From an uncultured Candidatus Saccharibacteria bacterium (GTDB lineage Bacteria; Patescibacteriota; Minisyncoccia; Phycocordibacterales; UBA12088): a stretch of DNA of 64,000 nt. The stretch covers positions 93,851-157,850 of the forward strand of contig CAZHFF010000002.1 of the NCBI GenBank assembly GCA_964531785.1, given 5' to 3'. This document shows positions 27,601 to 36,859 of the stretch, piece by piece; position 1 is the stretch's first letter, and every line of letters begins with the position of its first letter. A model generated the notes under the pieces. It did not search any database, was not told the DNA's origin, and was given only the letters and a program-made list of their open reading frames with translations. The translations under genes were made by a program, and so were the position numbers.

Positions 27601-27626
27601 AAAAAAGAAACCGCCTGCGGCGGGTG
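27601..27626 (-). terminator. terminator-like hairpin 20 nt upstream of ilvB (attenuator, or the acd terminator)
   Basis: Minus strand reads cacccgcc-gca-ggcgg + tttctttttt. The upstream hairpin 27671-27684 has a GGCGGG segment able to pair with CCCGCC. Confidence 0.4.
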
Positions 27627-27826
27627 AGCTTCGGTTCGTAACTTGTTGTGAGTGCGTTACGACAGAGACCCCGCCTGAAAGCGGTAACCTAGGACGACGA
27701 CGAGAACGAGCGAAGTCTGTGGTCTCATACGGTGATAGTAGCAGAGCAGTATGTTGTGTCAACTGTGTGAACTGTACAAGTGCACGATCGAAATAACGCG
27801 GCGCCGCAGTGCGTGTTCGTTCTTAT

Positions 27827-29863
27827 CTACAGCATCACGCGAGCGTCGACGATGTGCGCACCGTTCGGCGTGGCAAACACCGGGTTGAAGTCGACCTCGG
27901 TTATCTCAGGGTGATCGAGCGCAAGCTGTGAGAGCGAGGTGATGATCGTGGCAAGTGCGTCGAGGTCGGCAGCTTCTTTTCCGCGTGCGCCCGTTAAGAG
28001 TGCAGCGCTCTTGATCTCGAGCAACTGAGCATGCGCCTCATCCTTCGTTACGGGCGCTATGCGCATGCTCGCGTCCTTGAGGATCTCGACAAAGATACCA
28101 CCGAGACCGAATACGATGACCGGGCCGAAGGTCCGGTCCCGCTTCATGCCGATGATCGTCTCTGTTCCCTTGGTCATACGCTGCACAAGCATGCCATCGA
28201 TCGTTGCGCCCGGGGTATGGGTTTGGACATAGCCATAGATCTCACCCCATGCACGTTCAAGGTCAGTGACCGTTTCCAGACCAAGCGCTACCGCACGAAG
28301 GTCGCTCTTATGGACGAGCTCCTGCGAGATCGCCTTGATCGCGTACGGACCGGCACCGAGCCGGTCGATCGCCTGCGGTAGCTCGTGCCCCTCGCGAACG
28401 AACTCACCCTCGAGCGTCAGGTCGTACTCGGTGAGGAGCTGTTGCATCTCCTCGATGTGCATCATGGTGCTTGTCGGCGTGCTTACCTGCACATGGCCGG
28501 CGTTTTGCGCTCGTGCTACCAGCTTCCCAGCACCGAGCCGTGCGAGCGCATCGATAGCATCAGAGGGGAAGTCGAAGTTCTGCATCCCGCTCTCTTTGAG
28601 GCGTGCAATACCGGCAGCGACCGCGCTACCGCCCATCATGACCGGAATGACGGGCGTCTCGCGCCGGTAGGCGAGGAGGACATCCGCGATGCTCTCTGCA
28701 TGGGTCATCATTTGCGGGGTGACAAGCGTTAGTATCGCGTCGATGGTGGGAAGGGCCGTAAGTATCGAGAGGCAGCGGTCGTATCGGTCGGGACCCGCGT
28801 CGCCGATCACGTCGATCGGGTTATTGACCGCTGCCATGGGCGGGAGCACTGCCCTGAGCGCGTCCTTGGTCTCAGGTGAGAACGCCTCCAGGGTAAGTAT
28901 ACCGGTCGCCTCGACGAGGTCGGTGGCGTTGACGCTCGGACCTCCGCCGTTCGTGAGGATCACGAGGTTTTGCTTAGGTTCCGTGATGTTGAGTGCAAAG
29001 AGCTTTGCGAGCGCAAAGAGTTCGCGCAGAGAATCGACGAGGATCATCTCCGACTGCCGTGCTGCAGCTTCAAAGACCGCGCTCTCAGGTGCGAGCGATC
29101 CGGTGTGCGAGGAAACGGCGGTCGAGCCCCGGGCGCTCTTACCTGCTTGGAGCACCACGAGCGGCTTCTTGGTCGTGAGGTGCCGGGCGAGCTTCATGAA
29201 CATGCCGCCGTTCTCGATGTGCTCAATGTACATGAGCACAGCGGTCGTTTCGGGGTCGTCGGCAAGGTGCTCGAGGAACTCCGTTTCGGTCAAGGTCGCC
29301 TCATTACCTAAGCTCACGAACTTGGAAAAACCGATACCCTCACGGTTTGCCCAGTCGAGAAGTGCGGTGCCGATCGCGCCTGATTGAGATATGAAGGCTA
29401 GCCCGCCCTTCTTTGGTGCCTCGACCGCGAACGATGCGTTCCACGCGCTGTGGGTGTTCATGACGCCAAGACAGTTGGGACCAAGGAGCGTGATACTGTG
29501 CTTTCGGGCGACCTCAGCAACGTCGTCTTCAAGCTTGGCACCCGCCTCGCCTATCTCCTTAAAACCCGCACTGATAACGATCGCGGTCGTAATACCGGCA
29601 TGGGCGCAGTCATGGAGGACGCTCGACACGAGATCAGCCCGCACCGCGATCACCGCAAGGTCGATATCGTCAGGCACTTCAGCGATCGAACGGTAGGCTT
29701 GTTTGCCGAGGATCTCGGATGCGTTCAGGGTGACCGGATACACGGCCCGCGTCGGGTCGCCATCGACGATGTTCTTGAGGAGCGCATAGCCTACCTTCGA
29801 GGGATCACTCGAGGCACCGATCACTGCGACCGAACGAGGATCAAAGAGCGTGTGTAGTGACAT
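27827..29863 (-). CDS. acd: ADP-forming acetyl-CoA synthetase (fused alpha-beta, NDP-forming acyl-CoA synthetase)
   Basis: FDPRSVAVIGASSDPSKVGY CoA-binding N-terminus, succinyl-CoA-synthetase-like middle and ATP-grasp C-terminus. ATG at 29863; an in-frame GTG lies at 29869. Confidence 0.9.
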   Translation of the reverse strand: MSLHTLFDPRSVAVIGASSDPSKVGYALLKNIVDGDPTRAVYPVTLNASEILGKQAYRSIAEVPDDIDLAVIAVRADLVSSVLHDCAHAGITTAIVISAGFKEIGEAGAKLEDDVAEVARKHSITLLGPNCLGVMNTHSAWNASFAVEAPKKGGLAFISQSGAIGTALLDWANREGIGFSKFVSLGNEATLTETEFLEHLADDPETTAVLMYIEHIENGGMFMKLARHLTTKKPLVVLQAGKSARGSTAVSSHTGSLAPESAVFEAAARQSEMILVDSLRELFALAKLFALNITEPKQNLVILTNGGGPSVNATDLVEATGILTLEAFSPETKDALRAVLPPMAAVNNPIDVIGDAGPDRYDRCLSILTALPTIDAILTLVTPQMMTHAESIADVLLAYRRETPVIPVMMGGSAVAAGIARLKESGMQNFDFPSDAIDALARLGAGKLVARAQNAGHVQVSTPTSTMMHIEEMQQLLTEYDLTLEGEFVREGHELPQAIDRLGAGPYAIKAISQELVHKSDLRAVALGLETVTDLERAWGEIYGYVQTHTPGATIDGMLVQRMTKGTETIIGMKRDRTFGPVIVFGLGGIFVEILKDASMRIAPVTKDEAHAQLLEIKSAALLTGARGKEAADLDALATIITSLSQLALDHPEITEVDFNPVFATPNGAHIVDARVML

Positions 29864-30050
29864 ACACACCTAAGTATAAAGGAGAAGGCAGTATGGAGAA
29901 AGGGAAAAGTACGATACCAGCATGGGGAAGTGGTATCCTCCTCCGCGCTTGCGAGAGCTACGCAAGAGCACGTATGTTTGCGGACAACGGACAAAACAAT
30001 GCCGCCCTAGGGCGGCATTGTGCCTCGTACACATTTCTGTCCCTCATACG

Positions 30051-30833
30051 TTACGCTCGTGTCTGCTCCTCGAAGGTCGGTTGCGCGGTTTGGTAGAGGA
30101 TGCCGAGGGGTACGTCCTGCGCTATGGTCGAACGTGCGATCGTGAAAGCCGCGTCAAGGTTCGATGTGTCGTGATCCTCGGGCAGCCACGTGACATGGTC
30201 CTTGTAGTACTCTCGGGTGTCGAAGAACGTGATGCAGGGTTGGATGATGTCGACGAACGCGAAGCCCTTGTGGCGCATGGCTGCCTGCATGATTGCCTTG
30301 GTCCTCGGTATATCGCCTGCGAACGTGCGCGCAACGAACGTTGCGCCGAGGGAGAGCATAATGAGAACCGGGTTCATGGGCTCGTCCACGGAACCGAACG
30401 GCGTCGTGCCCCCCTTGAAACCTTTCGGACTCGTGCCGGTCGCCTGTCCGGTAGTGAGCGCAAAGAGCTGGTTGTTGTGTATGAACAGGCTGATGTCAGA
30501 GTTCCGACGAGCCGCATGCGCAAGGTGACTGAATCCTTCAGAGAACGAATCACCATCACCAGAGAAACCAACGACCTGGAGTTTTGGGTTCGCGAGCTTG
30601 ATGCCTGTTAGGGTCGGAATGACCCGTCCATGGAGGCTGTTGAAGGTGTTCACCTCAAGGTAGTCACTGATCTTGCCGTGACAGCCGACACCCGCACCTG
30701 CAACGAGCTCATGGAGCGCAAGTTCACCATGTTCCACCATCTCGGTCACCGCAGTGCGGAACGCAACGAGTATCTGGCTGTTCGGACAGCCGGGGCACCA
30801 GGTTATCTTAATGTCGGTTGCTAGGTCGAGCAT
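30051..30833 (-). CDS. 2-oxoacid:ferredoxin oxidoreductase beta (ThDP-binding) subunit
   Basis: WCPGCPN, GVGCHGK and GFSGDGDSFSEG motifs. Confidence 0.9.
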   Translation of the reverse strand: MLDLATDIKITWCPGCPNSQILVAFRTAVTEMVEHGELALHELVAGAGVGCHGKISDYLEVNTFNSLHGRVIPTLTGIKLANPKLQVVGFSGDGDSFSEGFSHLAHAARRNSDISLFIHNNQLFALTTGQATGTSPKGFKGGTTPFGSVDEPMNPVLIMLSLGATFVARTFAGDIPRTKAIMQAAMRHKGFAFVDIIQPCITFFDTREYYKDHVTWLPEDHDTSNLDAAFTIARSTIAQDVPLGILYQTAQPTFEEQTRA

Positions 30834-30837
30834 GGTA

Positions 30838-32550
30838 CTAGAGGAATCGGTTTATCTCCGCCGCGAGCTCGGTCGGGGTAAAGGGCTGTGCGTCGTATTT
30901 TAGCACCTTGTTCGTGATCTCGATCGAGGTCTTTTCGCGTATGAGCGCTGCAAGTTGCGCGGTGTGGTTCGCTTCGACATCGATCACGACCTCGGCGTCC
31001 TGAAGCTCTTGTTTCACCCGGTCCGCGTCGAAAGGCTCCATCCACAAGATCTGGACGAGCTTCACCGGACGCTTGAGCTGTCGGAGTGCTTCGAGCGCCG
31101 CCCCCTTGGTCGATCCCCAAACGACCACCACCGCTTTGCTGTCGAGGTCGCCATAGGTCTTCACGGTCGGGAAGTAGGGGAACTCACGGTAGAGTCCCTC
31201 GAGCTTGCGGAACCGCTTGTCCTGCATCGCTTTCACCTCGTTAGCATGTTCGGTCGCCTCGCCCTCTTCATTGTGCTCATAGCTCGTGCCCTTGACCATC
31301 ACGTTCGGTGTGCCGGGGAAAGCGAGCGGGGAGATGCCGTCGTCGGTCAATGAAAAGCGCTTGTACTCCTTCCCGGGGTCTACCGCACGCTTGCCGAAAT
31401 CGGGACCTTTGGAGGCGAGGTCGAGCGACGTCGTCATGTAGCTTTCCGAGAGGTGCTTGTCGGAGAGGAGGATCGCGGGCAGCTGGTACTTCCAGGCAAG
31501 ATTGAGGACATCTGCGGCACAGGCGAAACATTCCTCGACATCGCCCGGGGCGATGACGAGCTTGGGGAACTCCCCGTGGCCTGCGTGGAGTACGAACTGC
31601 AGGTCCCCCTGGCTCGTGTGAGTTGCGACACCGGTAGCCGGTCCCATGCGCATGGAAACCAGGATAGCGATCGGCAGTTCCGATACACCTGCGAGCGATA
31701 CGGTCTCCTGCATGAGCGCCAGGCCGCCGTTCGCCGTTCCGACCGCCGCACGCCTGCCTGCGTATGAAATGCCGAGCGCCATGTTGAGCACCGCGATCTC
31801 GTCTTCCGGGTGCACGACGATCACATGCGTGTCACGTCCCGCTCGAGCCAGGTACTGGAGCGCCGAGGTCGAGGGGGTCATCGGATAGCCGACATAGAAC
31901 TCGAGTCCCGCAGCGACAAAGCCTTTCGCCACGGCCCGATTACCATCCTCGATCGCATGTGCAGCACCCGGAGTTTCCGGGAGGCAACAGGTGTCCTGGG
32001 GAATGTTCAGTTGCTGCATATGGGCGTAGCCGCGCTCGACGAGCGCCATGTTCATCTCTGCCCCAACGTTCTCGAACACGATGGCGGCAAGTGCCTTGAG
32101 GCGATCGAGCGGGATACCAAGCGTGTAGCCGTAGGCGCCGAACGCCGATGAGGTGCGGGCGACCTGAGGTGCGTTCGCCTCCTCAGCGATCTTTTTCATC
32201 GGGAGCGGAATGAGTGGCACGCCACAGTCTGCAAGCTGGGGCAGCACAGCCTCCTCTACGAACACGCGTGCACCCTCGCGCAGCGAAGCTTTGTGGATCT
32301 GGACCGACTCGCTATTGACCGCCACGAGCACATCGAGCTCGCGGTAATCAGCGTGCAGCGTTTCGGTCGCATAGCTGATGCGTGCAAAGTTGTGTCCGCC
32401 ACGAATGAGGGACGGATAGTCGAACGAGGAGAAGGTCCGGTAGCCGAGCTCGTTCAGGAATTCGGCGAAGTTCACACCAGCCTCGCGGATACCATCACCG
32501 GCAGCACCGCCGATCGCTATGGTGCGAACATCGAGAGAACCAGCGTCCAT
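30838..32550 (-). CDS. 2-oxoacid:ferredoxin oxidoreductase alpha (fused gamma-alpha) subunit
   Basis: 570 aa with GGAAGDG at the N-terminus and YPMTPST. Adjacent to the beta subunit. TATACT lies 7 nt upstream of the ATG. Confidence 0.9.
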   Translation of the reverse strand: MDAGSLDVRTIAIGGAAGDGIREAGVNFAEFLNELGYRTFSSFDYPSLIRGGHNFARISYATETLHADYRELDVLVAVNSESVQIHKASLREGARVFVEEAVLPQLADCGVPLIPLPMKKIAEEANAPQVARTSSAFGAYGYTLGIPLDRLKALAAIVFENVGAEMNMALVERGYAHMQQLNIPQDTCCLPETPGAAHAIEDGNRAVAKGFVAAGLEFYVGYPMTPSTSALQYLARAGRDTHVIVVHPEDEIAVLNMALGISYAGRRAAVGTANGGLALMQETVSLAGVSELPIAILVSMRMGPATGVATHTSQGDLQFVLHAGHGEFPKLVIAPGDVEECFACAADVLNLAWKYQLPAILLSDKHLSESYMTTSLDLASKGPDFGKRAVDPGKEYKRFSLTDDGISPLAFPGTPNVMVKGTSYEHNEEGEATEHANEVKAMQDKRFRKLEGLYREFPYFPTVKTYGDLDSKAVVVVWGSTKGAALEALRQLKRPVKLVQILWMEPFDADRVKQELQDAEVVIDVEANHTAQLAALIREKTSIEITNKVLKYDAQPFTPTELAAEINRFL

Positions 32551-32667
32551 ACTGTCGAGTATAGCAGCTCGTCATGTAGGCGCGCAGGGTAATTATCCAC
32601 GGCGCCCTCATGGTGCACTGCACAGATTAGAGTTTCGGTCTGTGCCATTGTTCGGTACAATATGCCT

Positions 32668-33174
32668 ATGGACGAGAATATCCCCTTTGAAAAGATCAAG
32701 ATAGGTTGGTTCGTGTTCTCCTGTAGCGAGGACAACACCATCATGTTCACCGAACTCATGAACGATCATTGGCAGGAGTGGAAACGGATCTTCGACTTCC
32801 GTCACGTGAAGGTCTTGAAGAAGAACAACATTTACGATGCGTTCGATATCGCTTTCGTCGAGGGTGCGATCGCAAGTGCCGAGCAAGAGGAGAAGCTCAA
32901 GGATATTCGAAGCCGCTCGACGAAGCTCGTGGCGGTCGGCGCCTGTGCCGTGACGGGACTGCCGGCGAGCCAAAGGAACACGTTCACCAATGCACAGAAG
33001 AACGCCATCAAGTTCCTGGTGCAGCGGTTCGGCGCATTACCTGAGGTGAAGAAGGTGCCCGATGTCGTTACGGTCGATGCCTCAGTGCCTGGGTGCCCCA
33101 TGAACACCGATATGTTCCTCAAGGCAGTGAACGATTTGGTGGTAGAGCTACGACCCGAGTTGGCTAAGCAATAG
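32668..33174 (+). CDS. [NiFe]-hydrogenase small subunit, short single-cluster form
   Basis: KIGWFVFSCSED (C-x2-D), VAVGACAVTG and VPGCPMN motifs; 168 aa. TACAAT lies 6 nt upstream of ATG 32668. Confidence 0.8.
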   Translation: MDENIPFEKIKIGWFVFSCSEDNTIMFTELMNDHWQEWKRIFDFRHVKVLKKNNIYDAFDIAFVEGAIASAEQEEKLKDIRSRSTKLVAVGACAVTGLPASQRNTFTNAQKNAIKFLVQRFGALPEVKKVPDVVTVDASVPGCPMNTDMFLKAVNDLVVELRPELAKQ

Positions 33175-33341
33175 GAAGGAGTTAGGTGAAGGCAATTCAA
33201 AGGGCAAAATTCAAAATGCAAAAGTACAAGTCAAAATACACGAGTTTCCGAAAGCAAGGGCCGAACCTGGTACTCCAGCCCCACTCCTCACTTTTGAATT
33301 GGATTTTTTGCTTTTGATTTTTACATTTTGACGTTCTTATC
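33175..33341. other. AT-rich spacer between the hydrogenase subunit genes
   Basis: A-rich block 33193-33240, GC-rich core, T-rich block 33290-33333. Complementary words: aattcaaaa/ttttgaatt and gtcaaaat/attttgac. Confidence 0.6.
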
Positions 33342-34637
33342 ATGCACAAAGTAGACATCGACCTGGAGCACATCACCAAGATAGAAGGCGACGCCTCGAT
33401 CCACATCAAGACCGAGGATGGCAAGGTGACCGATGTGCGGTTCGTGACCGAGGAGTACAAGCGCTTCTTCACCGAGGCCCTGAAAGGTAAGAGTGTCATG
33501 GCGGTGCCCGCGCACCTCAGTAGGATCTGTGGCACCTGTAGCAACGCTCACATCATGGCAGCGATCGAGGCCTGTGAAGATGCGCTCGGCATTACGCCGT
33601 CAGAGCAGACCGAGGTCCTCCGTGCGCTCACGATGCACGGGCTCATCATTCGCGACCACGCGCTCCATCTGTACCTGTTTTGCCTCCCTGACATCTATAG
33701 AAAAGATGCATTCCTTGATTTCGACGAGAACGATCCCCATGAGCATCAGCTGCTGCATGACGGGTTCGACATTAAGCGGGCGGGGAACTTCCTCGCGACC
33801 CTGGTCGCCGGTCGCTCGGTCCATGCGATGTATCCCACGATCGGCGGTTTCATCAAGTTTCCCGACCAAGCGGGTGTAACTGAAGCGATCGACAAGCTCA
33901 AGGGTGTCCGCGATGCGGCGCTCCGTTGTGTCGAAGAGTTTCGGAACGCGCCGTTCCACTTCGACCGGAAGACCAACTACATGGGGCTCGTTCCGTATGG
34001 TACCTATGGGTACATCAAGGGCAGGATCATGACCTCGACCGGGATCGAGTACGAGGAAAAGGACTACCGCTCATTGCTCGAGCACGTGGTCTTGCCGTAC
34101 TCGCAAGCGTCCGCCTACGAGCATAAGGGTGAATCGTACATGGTGGGTGCGCTCGCGCGCGTGAACGTCGCGAAGGACCGACTCCACCCGAACACCAAGG
34201 AATCGCTCAAGGACGTTCTCGAGCTTTTTCCCTCGACCGATATCTTCTTCAACAATCTCGCGCAGGCGATCGAGATCGTCCATTCTATCGACGAATCGAT
34301 CGACCTCCTTTCCGGTCGCGTATTCGTTCCTGAACCGCCTGTGAAAGCCTCGTACCGAGCCTCAACGGGTGTGGGGGTGGTCGATGCGCCGCGCGGACTC
34401 CTCTACCACAAGGTAGTTCTCGATGCGGAGGGAAAGGTAACGAACGGCGAGGTCATCGTGCCGACCGGCCAGAACCAGATCAATATCGAGCAGGATGCCG
34501 GCCGTTTGGTGCAGAACCTGCTCGACCAAGGGGTAACGGATACGGAAGCGATCACCTGGGAGCTCGAAAAGCTCATCCGGGCGTACGACCCCTGTATGAG
34601 CTGTGCTGCACACTTCCTCAAGGTGAAGTGGGTGTAG
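33342..34637 (+). CDS. [NiFe]-hydrogenase large subunit (group-3-like)
   Basis: N-terminal RICGTCSNAH and C-terminal DPCMSCAAH, followed by the 7-aa tail FLKVKWV; 431 aa. Confidence 0.92.
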   Translation: MHKVDIDLEHITKIEGDASIHIKTEDGKVTDVRFVTEEYKRFFTEALKGKSVMAVPAHLSRICGTCSNAHIMAAIEACEDALGITPSEQTEVLRALTMHGLIIRDHALHLYLFCLPDIYRKDAFLDFDENDPHEHQLLHDGFDIKRAGNFLATLVAGRSVHAMYPTIGGFIKFPDQAGVTEAIDKLKGVRDAALRCVEEFRNAPFHFDRKTNYMGLVPYGTYGYIKGRIMTSTGIEYEEKDYRSLLEHVVLPYSQASAYEHKGESYMVGALARVNVAKDRLHPNTKESLKDVLELFPSTDIFFNNLAQAIEIVHSIDESIDLLSGRVFVPEPPVKASYRASTGVGVVDAPRGLLYHKVVLDAEGKVTNGEVIVPTGQNQINIEQDAGRLVQNLLDQGVTDTEAITWELEKLIRAYDPCMSCAAHFLKVKWV

Positions 34638-34701
34638 CACGAAGTGCTCGTATGGGGAAACCGGAATGCGTATGGAGTGCCGATGGATACTAGTACCAAT
34701 A

Positions 34702-35100
34702 CTAGTATCCTTTTTCAGATAACCGAGAAAGTTTTGATGCAAGCCACGCAATGGCGGTATTCTCAGCTGCACCAGGGGGGAGTCCAAGTATGGTGACGGT
34801 ATCGAGCTTGCCAAGCTTCTTAAGCAGCATGAGGCCCGCATAGGCGTCGTAATCGTGGCAGGAAATACGCGGTGCGCTCATAAACTGCGAAAGATCCGTG
34901 AAAACAGCAGGCTCATTGATGTTCACGACCGTATCGATAATGATCATATGCTCCGGTACATCCCAATCCTCGTTGGGGTCGAGGGTTGTAAAAGTGCAGG
35001 ATGGAAACGCAGTTTGTAGATCAGGCAAGAGCCGAAGCGGAAGCGAATCCATTGCAAGATCTGAGTTGCCGAATACGAACACCTGCTTGGGTAGATCCAT
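34702..35100 (-). CDS. hydrogenase maturation endopeptidase (HycI/HoxW/FrhD family)
   Basis: VFVFGNSDLAMD, MIIIDTV and RISCHD match the GN..D / VDA / H metal-ligand pattern. Start at Met MDLPKQ. Confidence 0.75.
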   Translation of the reverse strand: MDLPKQVFVFGNSDLAMDSLPLRLLPDLQTAFPSCTFTTLDPNEDWDVPEHMIIIDTVVNINEPAVFTDLSQFMSAPRISCHDYDAYAGLMLLKKLGKLDTVTILGLPPGAAENTAIAWLASKLSRLSEKGY

Positions 35101-35162
35101 GTGAGTAGTATAACGCAAAAGAAAAGAGCGGCCCTATTGAAGCCGCCCGCGTCATTCGTAAA

Positions 35163-35651
35163 TCACTTATCCGTCGCGAGGAACCATGTGCATGTAGGCC
35201 AGTCCCCGCGCATGCTCCCTCCGTATTCAGACATTCCCATAAGCCATCGCTCCACGCCGTCACACATTGGCCACTTCTCGCGCCATGCAACCAGTACCTT
35301 GCGAACTGGAAACCGTGTGCCAAGCGCCACAAATATATCGACTGGGAATAATGTTTCGTTGAGTTGGCCGGACATACATAAGCTCGTAAGCTGCCCTGCT
35401 CCGGCCGACTGAAGAGACTGATTGGCAAGCATGTATTCCACGCCGTCCGAATGTACCCAGTCGTTGCAACGGACGAGGTAGCACTGCGCTGATGTGCCGA
35501 CAATTAGTGGCGACCGTGCCATTTTCGCAAGGTCATCGCTTTCATTGTCAGGCCAATTGCAGGTGACAAAACCTGCTTCCCGTATGCAAGTCGTACCAGG
35601 TGCGACAATGTAAGGACCCCGTTTTTCAACAATGCTCGGCTCAGTTAACAT
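35163..35651 (-). CDS. Cys/Trp-rich hypothetical protein
   Basis: GGAAGGAAGG lies upstream of ATG 35651; 162 aa with 7 Cys. Same strand and operon context as the endopeptidase. Confidence 0.5.
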   Translation of the reverse strand: MLTEPSIVEKRGPYIVAPGTTCIREAGFVTCNWPDNESDDLAKMARSPLIVGTSAQCYLVRCNDWVHSDGVEYMLANQSLQSAGAGQLTSLCMSGQLNETLFPVDIFVALGTRFPVRKVLVAWREKWPMCDGVERWLMGMSEYGGSMRGDWPTCTWFLATDK

Positions 35652-35840
35652 CGGACCTTCCTTCCTATCCGCTGTGTTCAGAGCGCAGTGTAGTAAAGGC
35701 AATCATCTGTGTCAATAGCATCGCTTACCTAAACTCACCTACAAGGGCATCGAAAAGATACCTGTCCCTAGACATTATTCATACACATCTCTTGCACAAG
35801 TGTCACATGCGCCAAAAAAAGAAAGCCGGTGAACAAGGTG

Positions 35841-36305
35841 TCACTCGGCTTGTGTGGGTACATGCTCCGCTATCGTCTGCACGTGGAGGTACACGTCATC
35901 GCCCGGATCGAGCTGAAGTCTGCGCGGGTTGTAGACCATGCGTTCGAATCGCGACCCGAGCTCCCGCACTTTGCATGCGCATTGCGTGGGCATGACGTCG
36001 ATCGTGCGGAGAAATGTCGCGCGCCACACCGGAGTCTCCCCTACGTGCCTGGTACGCCAGTATAGGGCGACCGTGGATAACGACCATGCGTCGCGATGGG
36101 TACCTGCGGCGAACCGATAGAGCGCCACGCAGTCCTCTGGATATGCTTGAAAGAGCAGCGGAATGGCAACAGGTTGGTCGGCGCATACACAGAACTCGAG
36201 TTCGCGATAGAGTGCTTCAGACATACACCCACACTCCAGTTTGTGATCAGCGTCGCCCCACGCATACGCATGGAACAGAATGCGTGCCGTGTCAGTGTTC
36301 TCCAT
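35841..36305 (-). CDS. hypothetical protein, paralog 3 of the HypC-like-tail family
   Basis: ARILFHAYAWGDA at the N-terminus. C-terminus reads QCAC(111)KVRELG...LDPGDDVYLHVQTIAEHV. Confidence 0.5.
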   Translation of the reverse strand: MENTDTARILFHAYAWGDADHKLECGCMSEALYRELEFCVCADQPVAIPLLFQAYPEDCVALYRFAAGTHRDAWSLSTVALYWRTRHVGETPVWRATFLRTIDVMPTQCACKVRELGSRFERMVYNPRRLQLDPGDDVYLHVQTIAEHVPTQAE

Positions 36306-36397
36306 CGTTTCCTCCAGTATTGTTCTCGTGCAACTCTACGGTGTTTTTGGTCGGGTGGTCAACGTGGTGGCTGTGCATGAAACGGCTGACCTTGTGG

Positions 36398-36814
36398 TCA
36401 GCCGTGCGCCAGCTCCTCGGCGGTCATCGCGAGCGAGCAATGATGGATGAGCACCAGGTCACCCTCGCTGAGTACCAGGTTCCGGTAGTTGCGCACGAAC
36501 GCGAGACGGACCTGACCGATCGCGTATATCATCTGTACCTGGACAAAGCCCGTATTGACCCAGGTGAGATCGTAGACCCGTGCGTACCGGACCGGCGTCT
36601 GCTCCTTCATGCACGCGTGTACGATGGTCCAGTACCGTACCACCCGCTCGTACGTGAGCGGCACAAGGTGGGGGTACAGTCTCGGGAACTCCTCCCTGAT
36701 CAGTGCTTCGTCGGCGGTGTGCTCGCCCAGGTGGCGAGCGAGCCGCTCCGCACGCGTGTCCTCGTCGACGCAACCAAGCGCAAATGCCAGGCACAGTTCT
36801 GCTGCGCGTTGCAT
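36398..36814 (-). CDS. hypothetical protein, paralog 2 of the HypC-like-tail family
   Basis: Contains LYPHL, YERVVRYW, HAC(68)M and ...SEGDLVLIHHCSLAMTAEELA. Confidence 0.55.
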   Translation of the reverse strand: MQRAAELCLAFALGCVDEDTRAERLARHLGEHTADEALIREEFPRLYPHLVPLTYERVVRYWTIVHACMKEQTPVRYARVYDLTWVNTGFVQVQMIYAIGQVRLAFVRNYRNLVLSEGDLVLIHHCSLAMTAEELAHG

Positions 36815-36859
36815 ACTAGCCTCTCATGCTGTTCTCACCTCACCGTACCTCATGCGGAG

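Noticed and set aside
33197-33544. 115-aa minus-strand ORF spanning the hydrogenase spacer
   Set aside because: It overlaps the start of the large-subunit gene in antisense. The remainder is the low-complexity AT-rich spacer.
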